Counted from the stretch's first letter, positions 1 to 10,109 are shown. The stretch: 31,806 bases of DNA from an uncultured Lentimicrobiaceae bacterium (GCA_964471715.1 CAYYHC010000002.1:1-31806); one strand, 5' to 3'. Numbers and translations: made by a program. Notes: generated by a model not told the origin, from the letters alone.

Positions 1-72
1 TATTGCTACCCGATTTTCGACAATTTCAACTCGATATTATTTAGACTTAATTGATAATAAATATATACAAAA

Positions 73-876
73 ATGAAAACTATTTACAATTCATTAAAAT
101 TAGTTCTTTTTATTTCTCTTCTCATTTCATGTGATAAGAGCGATTCTGAATTGAAATCTTCTTATAGCTATTATAATGAGCCAACTTTTATTAAAAATGG
201 TCTTGTAGGATACTACCCTTTTAATGGAGATTTAAAAGATTATAGTGGCCATGAAAATCATGCGATTGGAACGCCCTCAACTTTTAATTCTGATAGATTT
301 AATAATTCTGCTGGAGCAATTCATTTTAATGGAATGACTGATTTTATAACAATAACTAATTTTAGCAAATCATTAGTCAACAACGAAGGAACAATTATTA
401 TTTGGAGTAAAATAGATACTCCCTATTTAACAAATTATCAGCCTAAATCTGTAGTTTTATCTATTGTTGATTCAGTAAACTCCTGCTTTTTGCTTAGTTA
501 TGGGATGGGAAGTTTAGATTATTCAATTGGTAACTATCCTGGATTAGGCGGAGGTAGTGTAGTTTCAAATATTAATGAAAATGGATTTAAATTATTTGTT
601 GTATCATTTACGGATAATTGCATTACGTTATATGATTTTGAAAATGAAGTATTTCAAAAAGAGACACGAAGTAATCCAAAATATTCTTTTGGATTTAATT
701 GGAATAGGAAGGAACAGGATTTGTATTTAGGTAAAAGTATTATAGATACTTTCGATTCAGGAACATTTGATAACACATTTACATACTTTAAAGGTGATAT
801 AGATGACTTATTGATATATAATCGTATTCTCACGGATGATGAAATAAAGTGCTTTTTTAATTTAGTAAAACAATAG
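73..876 (+). CDS. LamG/concanavalin A-like lectin-domain lipoprotein
   Basis: Lipobox-like LISC; motifs GLVGYYPFNGDLKDYSG and FKGDIDDLLIYNRILTDDEI typical of LamG-like jellyroll domains. Confidence 0.8.
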   Translation: MKTIYNSLKLVLFISLLISCDKSDSELKSSYSYYNEPTFIKNGLVGYYPFNGDLKDYSGHENHAIGTPSTFNSDRFNNSAGAIHFNGMTDFITITNFSKSLVNNEGTIIIWSKIDTPYLTNYQPKSVVLSIVDSVNSCFLLSYGMGSLDYSIGNYPGLGGGSVVSNINENGFKLFVVSFTDNCITLYDFENEVFQKETRSNPKYSFGFNWNRKEQDLYLGKSIIDTFDSGTFDNTFTYFKGDIDDLLIYNRILTDDEIKCFFNLVKQ

Positions 877-905
877 TAAGGATAATTAAGAAAATAAATG
901 ACAAA

Positions 906-992
906 AGCCAACATACGATATAACCAATAAGAGTAGAAGTAGTATGGGAAGGTTTGTAACCGATAAAAAGAAAAAATGGCTACCCGTTAGGG
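906..992 (+). repeat. attC-like site, degenerate or hybrid
   Basis: agccAAC 906-912; right end tggctacccGTTagggcca (977-995) matches the right end of the local repeat family; AT-rich interior does not pair with it. Confidence 0.65.
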
Positions 993-1024
993 CCAATTAA
1001 AGAAACCGCATCAAATAAACTGTC

Positions 1025-1987
1025 ATGAATTTGAAAATGTATTTTTTATTGTTCGTTTTTATATTCTCTCATCAAAATATGGTTGGGATAGAAAAATCGA
1101 CAAATACAGACTATAACAAAAAGATTAATAATATATTTATAAATCTAGATTCAGTAATTTCAAATTCACAACATAAGGATAGAACCGTAGAAGAACACTT
1201 TAGATTTGTATATAAAAAGATAAAAGATGGCGATTTAGTTGTTCGTTTTGATAGTAATCTTGTGTATGATTTTTTTGGTTGTTCCTCTTTTAATGTTTCA
1301 AAAGGTGCTAACCATGATATTGAAATGATATTTGGTAATTATATTATAGATAAATATTTAAAATATCCATACCTGGTTTATGCTATTGTAGTACATACAT
1401 TTCAATACGCCTATGATTATTATAACAATCAATCTTTATTCATGATTAGTACTGAGAATCAAATTGAAAGTATTTTTTTTAAGATGGATGCTATTACAAT
1501 AGAAGCCATGTTCTTGAAGGCCTATAGTTCATACAATAAAAACCTTGGACCATTTGAAAATCTAATAATTGATGATTTTAGTAATGGTTTACCAAGTTCC
1601 TCAGCTCTTTTTTTGAAGACGGATATTCATCTGCTTCATGAAATGGATGCATTAAAGTCAAAGAGTGGCACAAGTAAATCTCTTTTAGACGAATATATGA
1701 ATATGGGTGAAACACTGATTAAGAACTTTAAACTAGAAAATAAAAGTGAATGGGAGAAATATTGTGCCTTGATTACTTTAAGGACATATGTATATTATAG
1801 TAAACAAGTTGTTTTTGATATTGTTTATGCAAAAGATGGTATCACTCAGGAATCATTTAATTTTGATCGATACTCAGATATTAGAACAACAATAGATAGA
1901 ATAATTAATATAATTGAATTGAATGAAGAACTATATAACGTTAAAGATAAAATATTGAAGGCATATAGTGATAAGTACAAGAATTAA
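1025..1987 (+). CDS. Hypothetical protein with probable signal peptide (cassette gene)
   Basis: 320-aa ORF with hydrophobic N-terminus; no recognisable family; bounded by complementary cassette ends. Confidence 0.75.
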   Translation: MNLKMYFLLFVFIFSHQNMVGIEKSTNTDYNKKINNIFINLDSVISNSQHKDRTVEEHFRFVYKKIKDGDLVVRFDSNLVYDFFGCSSFNVSKGANHDIEMIFGNYIIDKYLKYPYLVYAIVVHTFQYAYDYYNNQSLFMISTENQIESIFFKMDAITIEAMFLKAYSSYNKNLGPFENLIIDDFSNGLPSSSALFLKTDIHLLHEMDALKSKSGTSKSLLDEYMNMGETLIKNFKLENKSEWEKYCALITLRTYVYYSKQVVFDIVYAKDGITQESFNFDRYSDIRTTIDRIINIIELNEELYNVKDKILKAYSDKYKN

Positions 1988-1991
1988 CTGG

Positions 1992-2072
1992 CCCTAACAA
2001 CATCTAAACCTCAACCGCCGCTTCGCAGCTAACGCCGCTTGCTGACGGTCGTGGTCTGGATACTCGTTAGGA
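1992..2072 (+). repeat. attC-like recombination site
   Basis: ccctAAC-aacat-ctaaacc...ggtctgg-atactc-GTTagga, 81 bp, begins 5 nt after the stop codon. Confidence 0.85.
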
Positions 2073-2147
2073 GCAACGTTAGAACCAACTTCTTTACATT
2101 TATGCAACATTCATCATTCGCAATTTAAAAATATTCATATCTACAAA

Positions 2148-4721
2148 ATGAAAAAAGTATTCTTTGTAATCATGTTGATTATACTAAAAGCCGTAACGGC
2201 TGCTGCCACCACTCAGGTGCCTGCTGAACTGCGCGGTTACTGGCAATTACCAAACAAGATTGAATCCAAAGATGATTGGGCCGGAATAAACGTGGGTGAA
2301 AACTATGTGGAATTTGTTTACGCATTATTTTCAGTGGACAGCATTCACCAGTCGGATAAAAACTATACACTATTTTTAAACCTCGAGGGAAAGTGGAATG
2401 TTACCATGTCAATTGAGCTTTCGGCAAATGACAGCGCGGCGATTGAACTGAAACAGTATAATATGTCGGAAAGATGCAAACGGTATGACCGCGATCCGGA
2501 AATCAACTTTTTGCCCGTAGCTGATTTTTCGAAGGTGATAGCCGGAAAGCGGTTTGATGATTCCAATACACGTGAATCGTTTGCCATTGAGAAAGGTAAA
2601 TTGCTGTATGATGGCAAACGGTGGAATATTCTCTGGTTGGGAGAAGTTAAGAAGCATCAATACCGCTCAATCATTGAACGTGAAGGGAACTATCGTATGA
2701 TATGGTTTGATAGGCTGGAGGATAATTCATTGAAAGTTAGCTATTATGGAAAGACGTCTTTATACAAACCAAAGGAATCGGGCAGCAAATTGGCCATTGT
2801 GGGCAATTGGTATGAACCAGAAGGCAATGCGTGGGTGTTTGGCTTTTTTGAGAAGTTTGCTATTTACGATGGGAAGTTCTGGGACTATAAAACCCTAAAT
2901 CTTCAAGAATACAAAGGAACGGCTACACTGACAAATGGGAATGAGTCGCTTCAACTGACCTTCCAAAAGAATAAGGACAACACCCTGCAGGTTGTAATCA
3001 ACAATCAGAACGCTGTTACCTATCACTTGGCCGGACGCACGCTTCCACCGTATAAAACGAGCGATACGACTTCTTTTATCGATACGCATTATGCTCGCAT
3101 TGATACAGCCTACATTTCCGGATACTTGCGCTACAAGAAAAGAAAAGAGCCTTTTAAGATAGCTGTTCGCGATCCGATTTCCGACAATGAGGTGTCTTTT
3201 TATGGTAATGTGGATGATTTGGGGCGCTTTGAGATGAAGGTCCCCTTATACAATAGTTCCATGGCTTATTTTGAATGGGGGCAAATGAATGTATTGGAAC
3301 CCAATGAACACTATGTTGTTTTTTACGATGAAATAGGGAAGCAAACGCTGTTTATGGGTAAGAATACCCGCTGCCAAAATGAATTGGCAACAATTGATTT
3401 TTTCAAAATGCCCCAGGGTAATAAGGTCTCCGGTAAAACCACGCTTGATTTTTTAAGTGCTCAAAAAAGTGTTTTTGCCGTGAGAAAAGCATACATGGAT
3501 AGCATTATAAACCAAATGCCCAACCCTTCTTACAAGTTTCGCTATTTTTCAAACAACTATATTCGATACAACATAGCATTTGATCTGATGCAAAGACGTT
3601 TCTTTTTAGATAGAAAGAATCAGGAACAATTTCCCGTTGAATACATGGATTTTGCAAGGGATACCCTGCTTTCCAATCCAATACATCCTGTGACGCTGAA
3701 TCGGGATTTATTAAACTTTATCCGTGATTATGTGGGCTATTACACCGATCAAAAAGGAGCTATTTCCGTCAATACAATTGATGCCCTGCTTTCCTTGATT
3801 AAGTCTGAAAAGATCAAACTGGATGCCTCCGATTATCAACTTGTGGAAACAATTAAGACTGCTATTGGGTTTGAATTAAAAGGGGATACTGTTCAGGCTA
3901 AAAAGGTGGTCGCTAATTTTACACAAAAAGAGATTGATCGATTAAATAACATCACCAACAAGGTTCAAAACAAGAAAGCTATTTCAGCCGAATTGTCCAG
4001 GATGACGTCGGAAATGCGGTTGAAAAGAACGATTGAAGCCTTGCATGAGGAGATTCAGGATAAAAGCATCCGTGATTATTATGTAGCAAAATCACTTTAC
4101 GAAAAATTGAATGGTGACAGAGCTCCCTTGGATTCAAAATTGCTCGACAGTTTATTGGTGCAGGTGGAATCACCGGCTTTCAGGAAGAAAGTGATGGATG
4201 CTCAAACGTTTTATACCGAATTATCCGGGCAAAGTATAGAGCATGTCGAAAGCTTGAAAAACACCGATCATTTGAGCAACGCAAAAAATGCCGATTCGTT
4301 GTGGGTGGAACTAATTCGTCCCTACAAAGGAAAAATTATTTACGTTGATTTCTGGGGTACGTGGTGTGGTCCCTGTAAAAAGGAAATGGAATACGTTGCT
4401 GACTTGAAAAAGCAATTTGTGGGTAAGGATGTTGTCTTTATGTATTTGGCCAACAATTCACCGGAAGTCAGTTGGAAAAATGTCATCAAGGACTATTCGC
4501 TAACGGGCGAGAACGTGGTGCACTATCGGTTGCCTGCAGAGCAACAAACCATGATTGAGCAACGATTTGGAGTCAATGCCTTTCCCACCTATATGATTGT
4601 GGATAGGAATGGGAACATAGTAAACACCGATCCACCAAGTCCAAGCCAAAAACAAGCAACGGTAAGCTTTCTGAACGACTGGTTAGAGAAAAAAAATGAG
4701 AATACTGAAATCAAAAGATAA
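2148..4721 (+). CDS. Large exported protein with C-terminal TlpA/redoxin (thioredoxin-like) domain
   Basis: Signal peptide; VDFWGTWCGPCKKEM CxxC motif; FPTYMIVDRNGNIV cis-Pro loop region. Confidence 0.85.
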   Translation: MKKVFFVIMLIILKAVTAAATTQVPAELRGYWQLPNKIESKDDWAGINVGENYVEFVYALFSVDSIHQSDKNYTLFLNLEGKWNVTMSIELSANDSAAIELKQYNMSERCKRYDRDPEINFLPVADFSKVIAGKRFDDSNTRESFAIEKGKLLYDGKRWNILWLGEVKKHQYRSIIEREGNYRMIWFDRLEDNSLKVSYYGKTSLYKPKESGSKLAIVGNWYEPEGNAWVFGFFEKFAIYDGKFWDYKTLNLQEYKGTATLTNGNESLQLTFQKNKDNTLQVVINNQNAVTYHLAGRTLPPYKTSDTTSFIDTHYARIDTAYISGYLRYKKRKEPFKIAVRDPISDNEVSFYGNVDDLGRFEMKVPLYNSSMAYFEWGQMNVLEPNEHYVVFYDEIGKQTLFMGKNTRCQNELATIDFFKMPQGNKVSGKTTLDFLSAQKSVFAVRKAYMDSIINQMPNPSYKFRYFSNNYIRYNIAFDLMQRRFFLDRKNQEQFPVEYMDFARDTLLSNPIHPVTLNRDLLNFIRDYVGYYTDQKGAISVNTIDALLSLIKSEKIKLDASDYQLVETIKTAIGFELKGDTVQAKKVVANFTQKEIDRLNNITNKVQNKKAISAELSRMTSEMRLKRTIEALHEEIQDKSIRDYYVAKSLYEKLNGDRAPLDSKLLDSLLVQVESPAFRKKVMDAQTFYTELSGQSIEHVESLKNTDHLSNAKNADSLWVELIRPYKGKIIYVDFWGTWCGPCKKEMEYVADLKKQFVGKDVVFMYLANNSPEVSWKNVIKDYSLTGENVVHYRLPAEQQTMIEQRFGVNAFPTYMIVDRNGNIVNTDPPSPSQKQATVSFLNDWLEKKNENTEIKR

Positions 4722-4731
4722 AAAAAGCTGC

Positions 4732-4792
4732 TCCTAACACTACCAAAGCCACATGCGCCTGAAGGAACACGTGGCCTAGCCACCTGTTAGCG
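4732..4792 (+). repeat. attC-like recombination site (short type)
   Basis: tcctAAC-actac-caaagcc...ggcctag-ccacct-GTTagcg, 61 bp; inner stem acatg/cacgt. Confidence 0.85.
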
Positions 4793-4860
4793 AACATTGC
4801 AAGAAAGTTGAAGCAATTGCATACTATCTTATGCTTTTAAAAACAGATAAAAATCAAGCA

Positions 4861-5298
4861 ATGAAAACGAAACTTACATTTGGAATTTTAATCCTGATAA
4901 TATTTATTGGATGCACTTTCAGTTATAATAAGAGTGAAATAAACGGAATTGAAGCCCTAATTGAAGCAGAAGATATTACAAAATCATTTTATGATTATCA
5001 AACAACTGATAGTAAGGATATTTTCAAATTATTTAGTAGCGACTTTTTAAATAGTATAGGAGAAGATAGTTTGCTCGCATACTTAAAACATAAAAAAATA
5101 CTATTGGGGAACCTTAAAAAGGATTCTCTTGAAGAATGGGAAACTAAAATTGTAAAAGGGAAAAACTCTAGCTCTAGTTACTTTTTAAAATATAACAATG
5201 TATATGAGAATAGCCTTGTAACTGAATCTTTTAAAATGAAAAAAGGATTTTTAGGCAAAATAAAGATTATAGACTATAGATATGAGATTAAAAACTAA
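4861..5298 (+). CDS. Hypothetical lipoprotein (cassette gene)
   Basis: MKTKLTFGILILIIFIGC lipoprotein-like signal; alternative start at 4831. Confidence 0.7.
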   Translation: MKTKLTFGILILIIFIGCTFSYNKSEINGIEALIEAEDITKSFYDYQTTDSKDIFKLFSSDFLNSIGEDSLLAYLKHKKILLGNLKKDSLEEWETKIVKGKNSSSSYFLKYNNVYENSLVTESFKMKKGFLGKIKIIDYRYEIKN

Positions 5299-5305
5299 AA
5301 ACGTT

Positions 5306-5386
5306 TGCCAACACCACCCAAACCACAGTCGCCGCTGCGTAGCTAACGCCGCTTGCTGACGGTAGTGGTCTGGATATTCGTTAGCG
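5306..5386 (+). repeat. attC-like recombination site
   Basis: tgccAAC-accac-ccaaacc...ggtctgg-atattc-GTTagcg, 81 bp; core gctaacgccgcttgctgacggt shared with the site at 1992. Confidence 0.85.
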
Positions 5387-5503
5387 GCACGCATAAAACC
5401 GGCAATTCAAAGTTCCATTAATTGTAAAAGGTAGAAATCCAATACCACCAAGAGATTGAATGATAACCACAGTATTAGCTTTTATAATTTAAAACCGAAA
5501 AAC

Positions 5504-5932
5504 ATGAAAAAAGCATTTGTCTTATTAAGTTTGGTGATTGTCTCATTTGCATTATCGGCACAAGTTCATGTTCCCGCCTCCAAATCGATTATTGGAGTAT
5601 GGAGACAAACTGGCGCAATGACTAATACCGGTGAATTAGTTAAAGTGAAATCCGGCAATTATAAGGTTATCAATCCTGATGGTACATCTTACACCATTAT
5701 AACGTGGGGTAATGGTTCTACAACGATAGGCTTTTATGCTACTTGCAAAATGACATCAGATAGTACATGCAAAGAACATATTTTTAAACATGCCAATCCA
5801 GAGATGGATGGAAAAGATGTTGCAATTAGATTTAGATTGATTGATGAAAATAATATGAGAATGGATTGGAATCTTGGTGAAAGATGGATAAATGAGAGCT
5901 GGACGAGATTACAAGTTGGGAATCAGAATTGA
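5504..5932 (+). CDS. Exported protein, DUF4488-like
   Basis: Signal peptide MKKAFVLLSLVIVSFALSAQ; IIGVWRQ...NYKVINPDGT pattern resembles Bacteroidota DUF4488 (family recalled, not searched). Confidence 0.6.
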   Translation: MKKAFVLLSLVIVSFALSAQVHVPASKSIIGVWRQTGAMTNTGELVKVKSGNYKVINPDGTSYTIITWGNGSTTIGFYATCKMTSDSTCKEHIFKHANPEMDGKDVAIRFRLIDENNMRMDWNLGERWINESWTRLQVGNQN

Positions 5933-6020
5933 GTTTATATCAGATAAACATATAAAATGATGTAAGTCAATTGGCTGATAAATAAAAAATGACACCTACT
6001 ACCTTATATAACATTAAACT

Positions 6021-7091
6021 ATGAGAATAATTTTCACAGTGATTTTTATTCTTTCATGTCTAATTTCATTTGGACAAACTTCTGCAATTGACGATTTATG
6101 GAAATTGTACAACTCACAAGATTTAAAATCAGCAATTGAAAAAGCGAAATCACTTCTTGAAAATGACCCCCATAATATTGACTTAAATTTAATAATTGGG
6201 CGTTCATACACAGACCAAACAAATTATAAAAATGCTATTACTTATCTTGAATCGACAGTAAAAAATGATAAAAACAATTCTTGGCGCAAAGCATGGGCAC
6301 TTGAATATTTAGGTACTTGTCATTTCATGCTTCAAGATTATGCCAATTCAAAAAAAACTACTATAGAATGTTTTGATTTAAATGTTACTAAAAATGTAAC
6401 ACAAAATGCGTACAAACAAATCTTATTGTTTGGATTTGACGATTTCTACAAGGATTGGAAAATTGTTGAATCAGATAATTTTAGGTTTCATTTTCAAAAC
6501 ATGAGTGATTCTGATATAAAAAGCTATGTATCATCGCGAGAAGAGACTTTTCAGAATATAAATAAATTCTTTACTAGCAGATTGCCAAAGAAGATTGATT
6601 TCTTCGTTTGGGAATCAAGAGAGGATGCAAAGAACCTGTTAAAAGTCAATTTAGGATTTGCTGACCCTGGATTTTGTATCGTTCATTCTCATTATCAGCA
6701 AACAAGAGGACATGAAATGACCCATGTTATATCAAACTATTCGACCAAGGTTATTACTAAAACTGGATTGATAAATGAAGGTACTGCGGTATGTTTTGAC
6801 CAAACAAATCAAAATAAAGAGCAAATTGTAAAAGATTGGTTAAAAGAAAATGACAAGAAAATCTCAATTGGAGAGATTTGGGACAATTGGAAAAATTATT
6901 CAGAGGAATTAACATATCCGCTTTCTGGATTATTTGTAAAAGAATTGATTGATACATTTGGCAAGGAAAAATTCATCGATTTTTTCAGTAATCAGACTTA
7001 TGAAAATGCGAAAATAGTATTCGGTGCTAATCTTGACAAAATGATTAAAGAGTTTGAAGATAAGATAAATAAAATACTACAGACAACATGA
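6021..7091 (+). CDS. TPR-containing exported protein with zincin-like (HExxH) domain
   Basis: Signal peptide; N-terminal TPR-like helices; GHEMTH followed by INEGTAV. Confidence 0.7.
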   Translation: MRIIFTVIFILSCLISFGQTSAIDDLWKLYNSQDLKSAIEKAKSLLENDPHNIDLNLIIGRSYTDQTNYKNAITYLESTVKNDKNNSWRKAWALEYLGTCHFMLQDYANSKKTTIECFDLNVTKNVTQNAYKQILLFGFDDFYKDWKIVESDNFRFHFQNMSDSDIKSYVSSREETFQNINKFFTSRLPKKIDFFVWESREDAKNLLKVNLGFADPGFCIVHSHYQQTRGHEMTHVISNYSTKVITKTGLINEGTAVCFDQTNQNKEQIVKDWLKENDKKISIGEIWDNWKNYSEELTYPLSGLFVKELIDTFGKEKFIDFFSNQTYENAKIVFGANLDKMIKEFEDKINKILQTT

Positions 7092-8688
7092 TGCGACAGA
7101 TTCAAATTTTAGCATTGCTTTTATTTCTATCCGCTTGTGGGCAAAAAAAAGTAACGATTGAGGCATTAACTACAACAAAAAACGAACTTGAAAAACCCAT
7201 AGGTATTTCTTTTGAGGTGGACAATGTTGAGTTGGCGAATGCTTTGCTTAAAACTGATTCGGCAAGATTTATTTTTGAAAATAAAATTGGCAAAGAAATT
7301 CGTTATTTCCCCGAAGTACAAATTAATGATTGTCTGGTTAATTGTTCCAATAATGGTTTAATTCAAACCATCCAGGAGTGTTATGATAATCATCGCCCAT
7401 TGGTATTAACACCTGATGTAATCTGGTTGGCGATATGTCAAGGCGTTTCGATTCACATTAATGAACAGTATGATTCGCTTGAAAATACAATTTTCAAAGA
7501 ACACAAACCAGATGAAATTATCATTAGAAATGATGACCTGGATAAATCCAATAATTACTGGGGAAAACTGATTGCTTCGTTTGCAAATGAAACAAAGAAG
7601 TACACGCGTGATGATTTTTATTCATTTTTTGTTTCTGAGTTTACAACAACTACTCCAATCATCAAGACTACTTATCAGATTACATTGTTGGAAAGCTATA
7701 AGAAAGCATTTGAATACATTGGTGAATCCGGTTGCGGTATACCATCAATTTGTCTTACTGGAACCAAAGCAGATTGGATAAGTATATACAATAAACTGGA
7801 TATGCTGGATAAAATAGGTCTAGCCAATTGGAAAAAAAATCTAAAACCAATTATCTCAGAATTTATCAGTGCATCTGAAGGACACATAAAAATGCCACTG
7901 AATATAATGCGTTTTATATATCGGGTTGGATTATTAAGTTCTTTCCCTATATAAAAGAGCATGAATCCGATGGTGTATATATTAAAGAGCGTGATGAAAC
8001 CAGATTTGGAGACATTTTTCTTACAAATAAATTTATAGATGATAATGACTATTTACTTTCAACATTATCAACGGACAACTTTCCATCAGGCATAGCAAAG
8101 GTTCCGATCACCTGGAATAATTATTACAAGAAAACAACAATTAAAATGGAGGTTTATGCTGGATTCTTTGCTATAAAACAATATCACGATAAAAGTCTTG
8201 AGCCATTTGTTTCATGGGCAATCTGCGAAAAAAATGCAAAGATTGCCAATCATAGTCTGGTAGAAAATGAAAGTCTAAACTTAAAACATCAACCGGATTA
8301 TTGGTCACCAAATTTTGCATGGAGGTTAACTGATTCTGCTATATATGACGTTAAAAGGTTTAAATCACAAAGCATAAGTCTTGCGTATATAAAATCAAAG
8401 ATTCTTGATTCATTAAGAAGAAATTCACGCTTTAATAGTGCTGAATACAGTAATGATACCATTCAAATTGAAATATTGTCAAATGGTAGGCCTGCAGGGG
8501 TTACAATGTATAAGTCAAAAAATGTGCAATTGTCTAATTATATCAAAGGTTTGATAAAAGGTTTACCCGAACAATGGTTTCCTGCATTAGCACATCCAAC
8601 AGATGTTTTGGATCTGATGGATGCTATTTCAGACGAAGAAAATAAAATAAAAGTAAGAGTAAACAGTATGGTAAAAATTGGATTGTAA
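7088..8688 (+). pseudogene. Frameshifted DUF4419-like lipoprotein
   Basis: LSAC lipobox; NGLIQTIQECYDNHRPLVLTPDVIWLAICQG motif; frame shifts -1 near 7888 and continues KNATEYNAFYISGWIIKFFPY... without a stop into ORF 8146..8688. Confidence 0.75.
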
Positions 8689-8699
8689 GTAAGTACTGG

Positions 8700-8771
8700 C
8701 CCAAGGAACATCTAAACCCCAACCGCCGAAGCGCCTCTTGCTGACGGTAGTGGTCTAGATACTCGTTATAA
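8700..8771 (+). repeat. attC-like site with mutated left core (AAC changed to AGG)
   Basis: tggcccaagg-aacat-ctaaacc...ggtctag-atactc-GTTataa; aligns with the 1992 site; interior shortened. Confidence 0.8.
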
Positions 8772-8774
8772 GCC

Positions 8775-9266
8775 ATGTTAGAGCCCACTATGTTGGTATC
8801 TGCCATTTTAAATCAAAGAAAGTTGTCATATGTACATTTGCCAAACAGTATTTTAGATATTGATGTTTTTGCTTTTTCTATGTGCGAGCAATTGGAATCA
8901 GTACTATTGCCATCGGATTTAGATAGCATATCAGATGCGTTATTTGCCGGATGTCAAAAATTGAAACACGTAAATATTCCAAATGGATTAACGTACATTG
9001 GTCATAAAGCGTTTTTTCTTTGCATGAGTATTGAATCTATTTCGATACCAAAATCAGTAGTTGACTTGAATGGTTGTGCTACATTTCTCGGATGCAAAAG
9101 CTTAAAGAAATTTGTTGTGTCATGGCTACAACCTGTCCAAATTCACCCGCTTATGATTGATGATATTGGTTCAAATCTTTGTGAGTTAGTTGTTCCAAAA
9201 GGTAAGTTGAAAAAATAGAAAGAAGCCAATGGTTGGAAAAATTTTAAAAAGATTGTCGAATCATAA
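8775..9266 (+). pseudogene. BspA-type leucine-rich repeat (LRR_5) protein remnant
   Basis: About four 23-aa repeats (e.g. LKHVNIPNGLTYIGHKAFFLC); in-frame TAG at 9216-9218 interrupts the KK*KEANGWKNFKKIVES tail; no signal peptide. Confidence 0.75.
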
Positions 9267-9280
9267 TCAGAAATCGCTGC

Positions 9281-9360
9281 AGCTAACAACATCTAAACTC
9301 CAACCGCCGCTGCGCAGCTTCACCGCTTGCATACGGCCGGTGTCTGGCTACTCGTTAGCT
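9281..9360 (+). repeat. attC-like recombination site
   Basis: agctAAC-aacat-ctaaact...tgtctgg-ctactc-GTTagct, 80 bp. Confidence 0.85.
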
Positions 9361-9510
9361 CTAATCGTAAAACGCACAGGTCTAGTTTTCTACAATTGAA
9401 TTTGAAAAGAAATGCATTAAGCTTGGTTTGACAAACAGAAATTTCAGAAAAGCGGAGACAATTAAATTTTGGTATTACCTGATACAAACAACTATAAAGA
9501 CTGACAGAAA

Positions 9511-9984
9511 ATGGATTTAATAGGGAAAACAACAATTAACCCACTGTTTTTTTATTCGGGAAAGATTTTGGGTTATATAACGTGGATTGTTCAGTTGCTA
9601 TTAATAATGGGAATGGATGTAATTAACAGATTAACATGCAGATATAATGAATATTTGTCTTTCACGTTGCTTTTTGTAGGATTGGTTTTTATTGTACTTA
9701 GCCTAATAAATTTGGGTCGCTCAACAAGATTGGGACTGCCTACAGATAAGACAGTTTTTAAAACGAATGGTCTCTATAGACTAAGTAGAAATCCAATGTA
9801 TGTTGGGTTTAATCTGTTGACTATATCGTCAATGATTTACACTTTAAACATCTGGATATTAGTGCTAGGGATTTATAGTATAGTTATTTACCATCTGATA
9901 ATTTTGGGAGAGGAACGATTTTTGAAAAACAGATTTGGTGAGCAATATTCAGCCTATTTACTAAAAATTCGGCGATATTTGTAG
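9511..9984 (+). CDS. Isoprenylcysteine carboxyl methyltransferase/PEMT-family membrane protein
   Basis: Several TM segments; GLYRLSRNPMYVG and EERFLKNRFGEQY motifs. Confidence 0.85.
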   Translation: MDLIGKTTINPLFFYSGKILGYITWIVQLLLIMGMDVINRLTCRYNEYLSFTLLFVGLVFIVLSLINLGRSTRLGLPTDKTVFKTNGLYRLSRNPMYVGFNLLTISSMIYTLNIWILVLGIYSIVIYHLIILGEERFLKNRFGEQYSAYLLKIRRYL

Positions 9985-10048
9985 ATAACGTTAGATGACA
10001 AGATTAATTATTTTTGTCCCCATTATCTCAAGATAAAAAAACGACCAG

Positions 10049-10109
10049 GGCTAACAACCGCCTAAGCCATAGCCACCAAAAGTGGATGCGGCCTGGCTAC
10101 CCGTTAGCT
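10049..10109 (+). repeat. attC-like recombination site (short type)
   Basis: ggctAAC-aaccgc-ctaagcc...ggcctgg-ctaccc-GTTagct, 61 bp. Confidence 0.85.

Noticed and set aside
5-15. gctacccg as an attC right end
   Set aside because: It is followed by att rather than tt, is cut by the window edge, and does not complement the end at 906.
2066-8781. Second GTTAG 12 nt after the core at 2078 and 8777
   Set aside because: Present in only two sites, so not distinguishable from chance.
9216-9218. TAG reassignment or readthrough
   Set aside because: Other genes end cleanly in TAG (876, 9984, 14360, 20730), so a nonsense mutation is simpler.
5380-9287. 9/10 match between gttagcggca and tgcagctaac as one giant cassette
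   Set aside because: The gttagc prefix and trailing gca are common among these ends, and another site lies in between.
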